Shown here: positions 7,475 to 16,403 of the stretch, one piece after another
Layout of the letters: each line of letters begins with the position of its first letter
Numbering within the stretch: position 1 is the first letter of the stretch
Origin: a virus
Direction: 5' to 3' (one strand)
Virus record (IMG/VR): IMGVR_UViG_3300035670_000511
DNA length: 41,119 nt
Program-made: the position numbers and the translations under genes
Notes under the pieces: model-generated
What the model saw: only the letters and a program-made list of their open reading frames with translations
Told to the model about the DNA's origin: nothing
Database searches by the model: none

Positions 7475-7903
7475 CTAGGCGTTTGCCGTAAATTGGCAAG
7501 AGATCAGGCCGATAAAGTGCGAGCGGTCCTCAATGTCTAACGGTGTCGGACCAACGATGTCGAGAACACGGGGGTCACAGGTGAAGGTATCGGTGTAGCC
7601 GGAAGCGTTGACGGAGGTGAGGCCGTCAATGACTGCCTCGCTAATCGAGGCCAACGTAGATGTACCAGCGTTTTTGGGGACGTAGACGTTGCAGGTGATG
7701 ACTCCGGTGTAAAAATCAGCTGCGGCGCCCATGTTTTGGAGCGTGGAGCGATTGAAATTGACTGAAATGGCGATGTACTTGGTTGTTTTGCTGGGTGTGG
7801 TGTATGGGACGTTGTCGTACACCATGGTCACCGTGGGATCGACGGCGGCGACAGCGTCGGTGACGGCTTTTTCAAATGCGGCGCGAACGTTTACGAGACT
7901 CAT
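7475..7903 (-). CDS. Tail terminator-like protein (gpU / DUF4128-like pattern), occupying the slot where a tube gene is normally found
   Basis: 142 aa. The pattern ..VYDNVPYTTPSKTTKYIAISVNFNRSTLQNMG....YTGVITCNVYVPKNAGTS.. resembles tail-terminator families. The call rests on gene order and motif only. Confidence 0.4.
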   Translation of the reverse strand: MSLVNVRAAFEKAVTDAVAAVDPTVTMVYDNVPYTTPSKTTKYIAISVNFNRSTLQNMGAAADFYTGVITCNVYVPKNAGTSTLASISEAVIDGLTSVNASGYTDTFTCDPRVLDIVGPTPLDIEDRSHFIGLISCQFTANA

Positions 7904-8406
7904 GACCTCATGTACCTAGAACCACGGACAGAAGACAGGTCCTCTCCGTCGAATCCTAGTGGGCTTGCGGCTACGCGAACATCGGGGCGTTTTTTGTCGC
8001 CAAAAATAAAATCGACCAAATAACGCATCTCACCTTGGACAAAGGCCGGAATTGTGTTTGAGGGTGACGCCAATGCGTACCGTGCATACACTGCAGTATT
8101 GCCTATAAAAACTGTGTCGTTGAAAGAAAAACGCGGCACCGTAAAACGCGGTTGTACGCGAGCTTGAACTGAAGGGTTTTTATCTTTTTCTTTTTTAATC
8201 CGGTCCCAGGGTGAAAAGTCCTCGACTCTGTCAATGGCTCTGGGGCGAGTTGTGGAGGCTTTCCAGCTGGAAGCAAAAAAGCCTGTGTACTGCGGGCTTT
8301 GAGCAGGTAACTGGCGCACAACAATGCGTACCAGGCGGTTTAAGTCCGTGGTGACGTTTTGTTTAATGTCGTTGGCGAGCCCTTTTTTTGTCAGCGGCTT
8401 TCTCAT
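7900..8406 (-). CDS. Neck / tail-completion protein (by position)
   Basis: 168 aa, overlap-coupled between the head-closure and terminator genes. I recognise no specific motif. Confidence 0.3.
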   Translation of the reverse strand: MRKPLTKKGLANDIKQNVTTDLNRLVRIVVRQLPAQSPQYTGFFASSWKASTTRPRAIDRVEDFSPWDRIKKEKDKNPSVQARVQPRFTVPRFSFNDTVFIGNTAVYARYALASPSNTIPAFVQGEMRYLVDFIFGDKKRPDVRVAASPLGFDGEDLSSVRGSRYMRS

Positions 8407-8792
8407 CAGAAGCGCACCAGCAGGATGAAGAGGTAGGTTTGGCCGCCGCGATAGGTGCGGATGTCGGTGATTTGGGCGGTGCGACTGGAGCCGGCGTAGG
8501 TGAAACTGACTTCGTCGCCGAGCGTTGGTTGGTTGTTGCCAATTAGGTCGGGGGTTATGTAAATCTTGGCTTGGCGTTGTTCGCGGCCTTCTTCTTCCTC
8601 GGAGACCACAAATTCGATGGGAACTTTGATGTTGGAGTAGTTGGTGTTGGTTGTGGTTAGTGCGCCAGTGCTGGTGTTGTAGGTGGGAGTGGCTTTGCGG
8701 GTGTAGGTGATGGTGGTGTCGAGGGACGTGCCAAGTTCGGCGACGACGTCTTTGGCGACGGACTTGAAGAGGGAGTCGAGGGCGCCAGCCAT
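8406..8792 (-). CDS. Head closure / head-tail joining protein (by position)
   Basis: 128 aa, downstream of the connector/adaptor gene. Confidence 0.3.
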   Translation of the reverse strand: MAGALDSLFKSVAKDVVAELGTSLDTTITYTRKATPTYNTSTGALTTTNTNYSNIKVPIEFVVSEEEEGREQRQAKIYITPDLIGNNQPTLGDEVSFTYAGSSRTAQITDIRTYRGGQTYLFILLVRF

Positions 8793-8793
8793 T

Positions 8794-9324
8794 TCAGCCT
8801 CTATAGACGCGGAGTTGGAAGGAGCCCGAGCCGCCTAGGCAGTAGGGGCCGAGGTAGGTCTGGAGCCAGGGGTAGACGTCGAAGACGTTGTTGATGGTGC
8901 CGACGGCTTGGCTGGTTTTGCTGTATTTGACTTGCAGGTCGCCCAGTTTGACTTCGTCGTAGAGGCCGGTGGTGCCAGTGCTATCAGTGATAGCACCAGT
9001 GTCATTGGCGAGGGCGCGTGCCAGCTCGTAGGTGGCGTACTTTATTTGGGCGGGGATTAGGGAGCACTCCAGCTCGACGCCATCAACGTCGTAGTTGTTG
9101 CGGGGCCATTTGAGAGCTTGGTCTTCGTCGCAACGGTCGCCTAGGTAGTTGAGGCTGTCGATCCAGCGGGTGGCGGAGATCAGGGCGCGGTTTTTCTGGT
9201 CGTCGGTCTTGTTGGTCCAGGTGGCGGAGTCGGGGACCGTTTCGAAGTAGGAGTTGGCGTCGGCCAGCGTGACGTAGCTGTTGGCCGAGGCGCTACTCAA
9301 GGTGGCGTTAATTGTCGCGGCCAC
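8794..9324 (-). CDS. Head-tail connector (gp6-like adaptor)
   Basis: 176 aa. ..SYVTLADANSYF....W......QKNRALISATRWIDSL.. is the typical adaptor N-terminal signature. It is the first gene after the capsid terminator. The start codon is GTG. Confidence 0.5.
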   Translation of the reverse strand: MAATINATLSSASANSYVTLADANSYFETVPDSATWTNKTDDQKNRALISATRWIDSLNYLGDRCDEDQALKWPRNNYDVDGVELECSLIPAQIKYATYELARALANDTGAITDSTGTTGLYDEVKLGDLQVKYSKTSQAVGTINNVFDVYPWLQTYLGPYCLGGSGSFQLRVYRG

Positions 9325-9361
9325 AGCAACTGTTCATTCTTTATTGCAGTGTAGCGGCAAT

Positions 9362-9388
9362 GAAAAAGCCCCACCCGAAGGTGGGGCC
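9362..9388 (-). terminator. Intrinsic terminator/attenuator just downstream of the major capsid gene
   Basis: The minus strand reads GCCCCACC-ttcg-GGTGGGGC followed by TTTTT. The stem is at 9368-9375/9380-9387 and the A-run at 9363-9367 on plus. Confidence 0.75.
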
Positions 9389-9410
9389 GGTGTCGTCCAC
9401 GGTCTGATTA

Positions 9411-10499
9411 TCAGATGGTGGAGGTGTCGAGGGGGCTGTTCACGATCAGCTCGACGATCGGGATCAGGTCGATGTCGTAAGTGGCTTGCCACTTGGTGCC
9501 ATCGGACAGGTTCGCGTTGGTCGGGTTGTCGCTGGCATCGTTCCACTTGGTGCCCATCACGTGGTAGGCGGAGTGGTAATCGACCGAGAGCACGTCCTGC
9601 TTGGACAGGATGTTGCGGTCGGCTTCGATGCGGAGGTCCTGCTGGACGCCTTCGAGGATCGCGCCACCCTTCATCAGGTAGCAGCGGAACTCACGCTGGT
9701 GGCCAGCGGCGCCAGGGGCGGCGGTGTTCACCAGGGGGTCGATGATCACGCGGCAGCCGGCGAATTCGCCGATGCTGCGGGCACCGATGCCCACGCCGCC
9801 GCCGCCCCACACCACGGAGCCGGCAGCAGCCAGAGCCGAGGTGGAGAAGGTCAGCAGACCCACTTGGTACAGGTAGAAGCCCACGGAGGGGTGGACCACC
9901 AGGATGTCCAGCTCGTCGCCGCGCTCACCCAGGAGGGAGCGACCGCGGGCCACAGCGGAGCCGGTCAGGAAGTTGGCTTCGGCAGCGCCGGAGGCGGCGG
10001 CCACAGCCAGGTCGAGGTGGTTGCCGCCCAGGGCGCCAGCACCAGCGGAGAAGAGGCCGTTCAGTTGGCTGAACAGACGCTGGCTGTTCAGTTTGTTGAT
10101 GGCGTCGGCCAGCTGGTTGCGGATGTGAAGCATGGGGTCTTCACCAGCCGCGAGCATTGCGACGTCATCCACTGCATACGCGAAACCGCGGTGGCAGATG
10201 GTAGCGACTTGGGTGGCGGTGCCGATCTTCTGAGGGGTCAGGTAACCGGCGTTGCTGGTGCCCCAGGTGGCCGTCCCGTTCATGATCTCCTCGGTGGGAG
10301 CCACGGGGTTGAACTCGGGGACTTGGATGCGGGTGCCGCCTTCGCGGGCATCCAGCAGGCTGTTGCGAACCACAGCGCCGCTCTTGATGAACAGGCTGCG
10401 CTCTTTGATGGCCTCAGACACGTAGGTGCTGAGGTTATTGCGCTTGACGATGTCCGCGAGAAGGACACCGCCGGAATAGTTCTGAAATGGTGCGGCCAT
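9411..10499 (-). CDS. Major capsid protein
   Basis: 362 aa. It lies after the scaffold gene and before the terminator and connector. Size and composition fit an HK97-fold coat protein. Confidence 0.75.
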   Translation of the reverse strand: MAAPFQNYSGGVLLADIVKRNNLSTYVSEAIKERSLFIKSGAVVRNSLLDAREGGTRIQVPEFNPVAPTEEIMNGTATWGTSNAGYLTPQKIGTATQVATICHRGFAYAVDDVAMLAAGEDPMLHIRNQLADAINKLNSQRLFSQLNGLFSAGAGALGGNHLDLAVAAASGAAEANFLTGSAVARGRSLLGERGDELDILVVHPSVGFYLYQVGLLTFSTSALAAAGSVVWGGGGVGIGARSIGEFAGCRVIIDPLVNTAAPGAAGHQREFRCYLMKGGAILEGVQQDLRIEADRNILSKQDVLSVDYHSAYHVMGTKWNDASDNPTNANLSDGTKWQATYDIDLIPIVELIVNSPLDTSTI

Positions 10500-10567
10500 T
10501 TCTAAGTACCAGGGTTTGGGGTGTGCGGGGTCCTAGTCACGGACTAGGTAAGCGCCACGGACGCGAT

Positions 10568-11275
10568 TTAGAGTCCTGCCTCTCTCTTCAGCACAGCTGC
10601 GAGATCGGGGTCCTGACTAGAAATTAGCATCTGCTGGGTAAGGTTGAGTGAACCTTCTTTCCAGGGGTTTGCTACTCCAGTCGAGGCAACTCCGACGGGG
10701 ACGGGTTTGGCGCCCATTCCAGCGGCGGAGCTGGGTTTGAAGTGGTGCTCGTAACCCGAACCAGGGGCTTTCAGGGTGGCTAGATAGGTCGTGAGATCCT
10801 GCTCTACGCCGCCGTTGAGCACGACGACGGCGCCTGAATCGTTTTTGCGAAGGTTGTTTTGCACCAGTTGCAGCATTTGCTCGGCGTTAATAGCGCCAGC
10901 TTGGCTGATTGCGGCCATTGCGCGTGTACGAATGGCGGCGTTTTCGTTGGACTGGCGCAAGTCCTCCAGCTGTTTTTGCAGGTCGAGGATTTGCTGGTCC
11001 TTTTCCTGTGCGGTGCGGTTGGCCTCTTCCCAGAGGTCCTTCCATTGGCCTTGGTCTTCCAGCGTCTTTTTACGCTGTTCGTCCTGTTTTTTGTAGACCT
11101 CGTCGAGTTTTGCCTTGATGCCTTGGAAACGTTCCTCGGCTTCGACGGCTTGGTTTTTTAGGGCGTTGATTTGAGCCTCGTATTCGGCTCGAAAATCAGG
11201 TTGTGGAGCGTCGGTTCCAGCCACGGGCTGGGTAGGAGACGCCACGGGCGTTTCCTGGATGACTTGCTCTTCCAT
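10568..11275 (-). CDS. Scaffolding protein
   Basis: 235 aa, acidic, with long heptad-like E/Q/K/L helices (..EAEERFQGIKAKLDEVYKKQDEQRKKTLEDQGQWKDLWEE..). It is immediately upstream of the capsid gene. Confidence 0.6.
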   Translation of the reverse strand: MEEQVIQETPVASPTQPVAGTDAPQPDFRAEYEAQINALKNQAVEAEERFQGIKAKLDEVYKKQDEQRKKTLEDQGQWKDLWEEANRTAQEKDQQILDLQKQLEDLRQSNENAAIRTRAMAAISQAGAINAEQMLQLVQNNLRKNDSGAVVVLNGGVEQDLTTYLATLKAPGSGYEHHFKPSSAAGMGAKPVPVGVASTGVANPWKEGSLNLTQQMLISSQDPDLAAVLKREAGL

Positions 11276-11278
11276 GAA

Positions 11279-11479
11279 TTAGAACTCGGGAGTTTCGGTG
11301 GTTTCGGGGGCTTCGTAAGAAGCAAGCTCGACAGTGGCTTTGCGGGTGCGCTTTGGCTTGTCTTCGGCGGGCGGTTCCGGCTTAGCCTGTGCCGCTTCAT
11401 CCAGTTCGACCATCTCCCAGCGAGTGGAGCCGTCGGGTTGGATGACTTCAGCAAGTGTTTTCACTGCCAAAAGTATCAA
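11279..11479 (-). CDS. Small acidic hypothetical protein. The start is uncertain (TTG at 11479 or GTG at 11464).
   Basis: 66-aa ORF between the collagen-like and scaffold genes. An 8-bp hairpin (CAAAAGTA/TACTTTTG, 11468-11488) overlaps the start region. Confidence 0.4.
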   Translation of the reverse strand: MILLAVKTLAEVIQPDGSTRWEMVELDEAAQAKPEPPAEDKPKRTRKATVELASYEAPETTETPEF

Positions 11480-11506
11480 CTACTTTTGTAGTATACAACA
11501 AAAGAA

Positions 11507-12532
<1,026 letters not shown>

Positions 12533-12535
12533 TGC

Positions 12536-14077
12536 TTACTGAAGCAGCGCGTTGAGGAGCTGCTCCATGCGGTCTGGGGTCAGTTCTTGGTCGTCGTTTT
12601 CTTCGCCGGGGGATTCTTCCATTTCGGATTCGTCTTCGACTTCGCCGGGTTCTTCGCTGGGAAGGCTGCCGAGTTCCATCGAAGGGAGGATCTCGCCTTG
12701 GGTCAGGATGGCGCGGACTTCTTCGAGGGTGATGACGCCCTTGTCGAAGAGGGCGGTGATGGCGGTGACGTCTTGGCCGATCAAGCGGTCGATGTCGAAG
12801 TCGCGGCTGATGCTGACTTCGGGCGGTTCAATGCCGAGATACGCGCCAGCGAAGTCAAAAGCCTTCTGGAGGGTTTGTTCGAGGTCGAGGCTGACGGCGG
12901 CCAGCATGGAGTTGGTATCGACGCGGTCGAGGCGGCGGGCGTCGGCGGATTCGGCGACGAACTTTTGCTGGCTCAGCGTGCTGATGCCGAGCGTGGCCAT
13001 CTGTTGCTGGAGTTCGCGGATTTCGTTGGATTGGGCCTCGAAGGCGCTGGAGGCGGGCTCCACGTAATAGACCTTGTTGCCGGGGGCGGTGGCCATTGCG
13101 TAGTTGACGCTGACCGCCATGTCCTTGGTTTGGTCGTCCCAGCCTTCAAGGACGAGCATGGGTTGGGAGGCGATGTGGAGGCTGTGGATTAGGTCGGCTT
13201 GGCGTTGGAAGTGCGCCAGGTTCAGGTAGGCGATGTCGATCAGCGGTGGGCGGCTGATCATCGTGTCCACCTTGTTGGAGTAGGTGGTGACGAGGGGGAT
13301 TTGGTTGAGGCTGTAGGTGCCGGTGTCGATGAGTTCGTAGTCGCCGCTTTGGGCGTTGGGCTCCATGAAGCCGGGGCCGAGGGGTTTGAGGGCTTGGCGC
13401 TGGCGGTAGACCTCGTAGCGGCCAGGCTCGATCACGCGGATTTGTTCGTAGGTTTTTTCGCCGAAGCGGCCCTCGGGGACGATGGCTTTTTCGTAGATGC
13501 GGACTTGGGTGAGGGTGCCGTAGGCGGCGTCGCGGTCCAGGCGCCAGCCGTAAATGTTGTAGGGGTCTACTTCGACCCAGTAGGGGCGGCGGCCGAGGGC
13601 GCGTTCTTCGGCGAGGCTGCGGATTTCGGTGGGAGCCGGGAAGTCGATGAGGGTGTGGGCTTGGCCGTAGGTCAAGCTGCAGATCAGGAGGCGGCGAGCG
13701 TATTCGTCGAGGTCGGAGCCACAGCCGTCAACGTCGCGGGCGAAGACTTCGCGCCAGTAGGGGTCGCCTTCGAGGGCGATGGGTTTGCGGAGGATGAGGC
13801 CGGCGGCAGCGCGGATCAGGCGCTGGGTGTAAGGCGAGAAGACGGCGCGGTTGACGCGGCTCATGTAGGCCCGGTAGTCCTCTCGGGGTTCTAGCGGGAG
13901 GAAGGCTTCGCTGTTTTCGCGCAGGTACTCGGTGCCGCGGGTGACGGCTTTCATGATTTCCCAACCCTTCATCATGTCCAGCACGGCGGCTGTGCGGATG
14001 AAGGGGCTGTCGCCACCGTTTTGGTACGTCGTGGCGACGATGTGGGTCGGGAATTGGCCGGGTACTGCGTAGGTCAT
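12536..14077 (-). CDS. Portal protein
   Basis: 513 aa with an acidic C-terminal tail (..EEPGEVEDESEMEESPGEENDDQE..). Size and position upstream of scaffold and capsid fit a portal. Confidence 0.7.
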   Translation of the reverse strand: MTYAVPGQFPTHIVATTYQNGGDSPFIRTAAVLDMMKGWEIMKAVTRGTEYLRENSEAFLPLEPREDYRAYMSRVNRAVFSPYTQRLIRAAAGLILRKPIALEGDPYWREVFARDVDGCGSDLDEYARRLLICSLTYGQAHTLIDFPAPTEIRSLAEERALGRRPYWVEVDPYNIYGWRLDRDAAYGTLTQVRIYEKAIVPEGRFGEKTYEQIRVIEPGRYEVYRQRQALKPLGPGFMEPNAQSGDYELIDTGTYSLNQIPLVTTYSNKVDTMISRPPLIDIAYLNLAHFQRQADLIHSLHIASQPMLVLEGWDDQTKDMAVSVNYAMATAPGNKVYYVEPASSAFEAQSNEIRELQQQMATLGISTLSQQKFVAESADARRLDRVDTNSMLAAVSLDLEQTLQKAFDFAGAYLGIEPPEVSISRDFDIDRLIGQDVTAITALFDKGVITLEEVRAILTQGEILPSMELGSLPSEEPGEVEDESEMEESPGEENDDQELTPDRMEQLLNALLQ

Positions 14078-14081
14078 TTAG

Positions 14082-14354
14082 TCACCACTTGGTGCGATCC
14101 GCCCAGTAAGCGGCTGACATTTTTCCTTTCTTGATGTTAGCCGCGTGCCTAGCTTTGAACGCTTCGCGGCGTTTGCGGTCGGCCTCAGACTCTCCAGTGG
14201 TCTTGGGGGAGCCGGAGACGCCTTGTTGTCCGAAGCGGATAAGTTTTACTTCGCCGTTTTCTTTTGCGAGGACGGCGTGTGATTTAGTGGGATGTTTTGG
14301 GGTGCGTTTGGGTTTGTTGTAGCCCTCGAATTTTTCGCCGCGGTATTCAATCAT
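14082..14354 (-). CDS. Small basic conserved phage protein (KPKRTP..HP.KSH...IRFG..G motif)
   Basis: I trimmed the 139-aa track ORF to the internal ATG at 14354 (MIEYRGEKFEGYNKPKRTPKHPTKSHAVLAKENGEVKLIRFGQQG..KMSAAYWADRTKW). That start overlaps the upstream stop by 8 nt (ATGATTGA). Confidence 0.6.
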   Translation of the reverse strand: MIEYRGEKFEGYNKPKRTPKHPTKSHAVLAKENGEVKLIRFGQQGVSGSPKTTGESEADRKRREAFKARHAANIKKGKMSAAYWADRTKW

Positions 14355-14544
14355 CGTCGTCTTCCTCGTCGTCGGGGTCTTCGATGGGCACCAGCACTTC
14401 GATGCCGAGGGCGAGCATTTTGATGAAGTTGCCCAGGGTGTCTGGGACGGAGGGAGTTTTGAAGAGGAAGGTAGCGTGCGTGATACCTTCCTCACCATCA
14501 ATTTCGATGTGGATGCAGTTGCCGGTGACTGTTTGGATAGTCAT
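14347..14544 (-). CDS. Hypothetical protein with a poly-acidic C-terminus
   Basis: 65 aa ending in PIEDPDDEEDDDD, tightly packed in the operon. Confidence 0.5.
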   Translation of the reverse strand: MTIQTVTGNCIHIEIDGEEGITHATFLFKTPSVPDTLGNFIKMLALGIEVLVPIEDPDDEEDDDD

Positions 14545-14556
14545 GGCTCCAGCCGG

Positions 14557-14973
14557 TTAGATGGAAGCGGTGATGGCGCCGCTGGTAATGAAGTTGCAGG
14601 TGATGACTTCGAGTTCGCCCACCGTGGCGCTGAAGTCGGCGCTGGTGATGATGCCCGAGAAGGTGATCTTTTTGCCGCCGCTGGTGTCCAAGTACAGCTC
14701 GAAGGCGGCGTTGGCGCTGTCTTCGGTGGTAAGGACGTCTTGCAGGAAGGCGGCGGTTTCGTCGGCGCTGGAGGCCGTGTACATCAGCTCGACGGTACCG
14801 GAGCCGGAGATGAGGCCGCCCACGAATTCGCGGCTGGTGGAGCCGTGGTCAGTGGTGTCGAGCGTGTCCTTGTTGATGGTCAGGGACCAACTGCGGGTCG
14901 AGGTGATTGCAGCAGGGGTGGAACCGTCGTTTTCGAATTTGACGGAGCCCTCTTCGCCACGAAAAAAGGCCAT
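14557..14973 (-). CDS. Tail tube-like protein (TP901-1/GTA-type major tail protein pattern), paralog 2
   Basis: 138 aa. ..TRSWSLTINKDTLDTTDHGSTSREFVGGLISGSGTVELMY.. follows the tube-protein pattern (..tvDvTd..s..wrE...G...). It is 99/138 identical to the upstream paralog. Confidence 0.5.
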   Translation of the reverse strand: MAFFRGEEGSVKFENDGSTPAAITSTRSWSLTINKDTLDTTDHGSTSREFVGGLISGSGTVELMYTASSADETAAFLQDVLTTEDSANAAFELYLDTSGGKKITFSGIITSADFSATVGELEVITCNFITSGAITASI

Positions 14974-15030
14974 AGCTGGAGCGGGGTGCTTTGCTCCAGT
15001 CTACGGCCTAAGTCGAGGGGTGTTTAGTTA

Positions 15031-15447
15031 TTAGATAGAGGCGGTGATTGCGCCAGAGCTGATGAAGTTGACGGTGATGACTTCCAGTTCGCCGACGGTT
15101 GCGCTGTAGTCAGCGCTGGTGATGATGCCGGTGAAGGTGATTTTCTTAGTGCCGGAGGTGTCCAAGAAGAGTTCGAACTGGGCGTCGGTTTGGTCCGTGG
15201 TGGTCAGGACGTCGTCGATGAAGTTGAGGGTTTCGCCCGAGCCGGGGGCGGTATACATGACTTCGGCGCTGCCGCTTCCAGAGAGGAGGCTGCCGATGAA
15301 TTCACGGCTGGTCGAACCTTGGTCGGTTACGTCCAGGGTGTCTTTGTTGATGGTGAAGCTCCAGCTGCGGGTGGACGAGACCGCGGCCACGACGCCGGAG
15401 CTGTCCTTGAAGCTGATGGAGCCCTCCTCGCCGCGAAAGAAAGCCAC
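15031..15447 (-). CDS. Tail tube-like protein, paralog 1
   Basis: 138 aa, colinear without gaps with 14557..14973 (about 72% aa identity by my count). It has the same MAFFRGEEGS start and the same ..GELEVIT.NFI.SGAITASI end. Confidence 0.5.
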   Translation of the reverse strand: MAFFRGEEGSISFKDSSGVVAAVSSTRSWSFTINKDTLDVTDQGSTSREFIGSLLSGSGSAEVMYTAPGSGETLNFIDDVLTTTDQTDAQFELFLDTSGTKKITFTGIITSADYSATVGELEVITVNFISSGAITASI

Positions 15448-15478
15448 GGGTTGTTATGCAGTAGGGGATGTTTTGAGT

Positions 15479-15661
15479 TTAGTTGATGATTTCTTCGACG
15501 AGTTCCAGGGCAGCAGCCACTTCTTTTTTGGCTTTTGCGGGGGTGACGGCGATGGCGGCCTGCTTGGCGAGGAAGCGGGCGCAGCGGGGGTCCCAGAGCT
15601 TGGGGTTGCGCTTGCCCTTGACGGCGAAGATCGCATCGAGCATTACGGAGGTGATTTCCAT
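15479..15661 (-). CDS. Hypothetical protein
   Basis: 60-aa ORF that is compact within the operon. Confidence 0.45.
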   Translation of the reverse strand: MEITSVMLDAIFAVKGKRNPKLWDPRCARFLAKQAAIAVTPAKAKKEVAAALELVEEIIN

Positions 15662-15665
15662 GGGA

Positions 15666-16016
15666 TTAGCCGTGGTAGGCGATGGCGATGTGGGGGACGA
15701 CGTCTGGGGTGCCAGAGCTTACTTCTGAGATTCGCATACGAATCTTGGAGGCGGCTTTACCGTCGTAGAAGTAGACGTATTCGCCGGCTGAGTTGATGGT
15801 TTTGGCGGTGTCGATGGTGAACCACGTGCCGTTGCCGTTGAAGCTGCACTCCAGGGCGAGCTTGAAGGTGGCGGCGCCAGTGACTTTGGCTGCGAAGGTG
15901 TAGCTAGAGGAGTGGGCAGCGACCTCGAACCATTCGTCGAGGGCGTCCATGGTGGCGCCGGTGTATTCGACGATGTTGGTGAAGCGGTCGGTGGCGGTGG
16001 TAGAGACGGCGGCCAT
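15666..16016 (-). CDS. Hypothetical beta-rich structural-type protein
   Basis: 116 aa with an alternating beta-strand-like composition. No motif recognised. Confidence 0.5.
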   Translation of the reverse strand: MAAVSTTATDRFTNIVEYTGATMDALDEWFEVAAHSSSYTFAAKVTGAATFKLALECSFNGNGTWFTIDTAKTINSAGEYVYFYDGKAASKIRMRISEVSSGTPDVVPHIAIAYHG

Positions 16017-16018
16017 GA

Positions 16019-16189
16019 TTACTTGCTCCGTTTTTTGGGTTTTTTGGCGGTTTTGGCCGCGGCTTTGAAGGCGGCGTCGGTGGGGGCGCCTTTCGCTCCA
16101 GGCTTACGCATTTTTTCGCCGCTGCCGGCTTCGATGCGCTTGCGTTTGGCTGCGATGTTGGCGTAAAGGCCCTTTTTCTTGGCGGCCAT
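16019..16189 (-). CDS. Small lysine-rich basic protein (56 aa). It is not in the ORF track.
   Basis: My own translation gives MAAKKKGLYANIAAKRKRIEAGSGEKMRKPGAKGAPTDAAFKAAAKTAKKPKKRSK*. The ATG overlaps the upstream TAA (TAATG). The stop is 2 nt before the next start. Confidence 0.55.
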   Translation of the reverse strand: MAAKKKGLYANIAAKRKRIEAGSGEKMRKPGAKGAPTDAAFKAAAKTAKKPKKRSK

Positions 16190-16371
16190 TATTTTTTGCC
16201 TCCCTTTTTGGTGGGTTTTTTGCGTGCCATGCCTGCTTCGCTGAGGGCAATGGCGATTGCCTGCTTGCGGGAGGTCACTTTGCGGCCCGAGCTGGACTTA
16301 AGCGTTCCAGCAGAGTATTCGGACATGACCTTTTCGACCTTTTTCTGGCCTTTTGTAGGTTTTTTGGCCAT
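16189..16371 (-). CDS. Small basic protein (60 aa) with a ..SRKQAIAIALSEAG.. motif
   Basis: Only the last 60 codons of the 192-aa track ORF are kept (MAKKPTKGQKKVEKVMSEYSAGTLKSSSGRKVTSRKQAIAIALSEAGMARKKPTKKGGKK). The upstream part is a Pro/Arg-rich out-of-frame overlap with terL. Confidence 0.55.
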   Translation of the reverse strand: MAKKPTKGQKKVEKVMSEYSAGTLKSSSGRKVTSRKQAIAIALSEAGMARKKPTKKGGKK

Positions 16372-16403
16372 GTTTCGCGGGCTTTTCTGCAGTCTACGGA
16401 GTG

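Noticed and set aside
9486-10505. 339-aa plus-strand ORF covering the whole major capsid gene
   Set aside because: It is antisense to a well-supported gene. Its product is Gly/Ala/Val/His-rich low-complexity sequence of the kind GC-rich antisense frames produce, and it has no coupling to neighbours.
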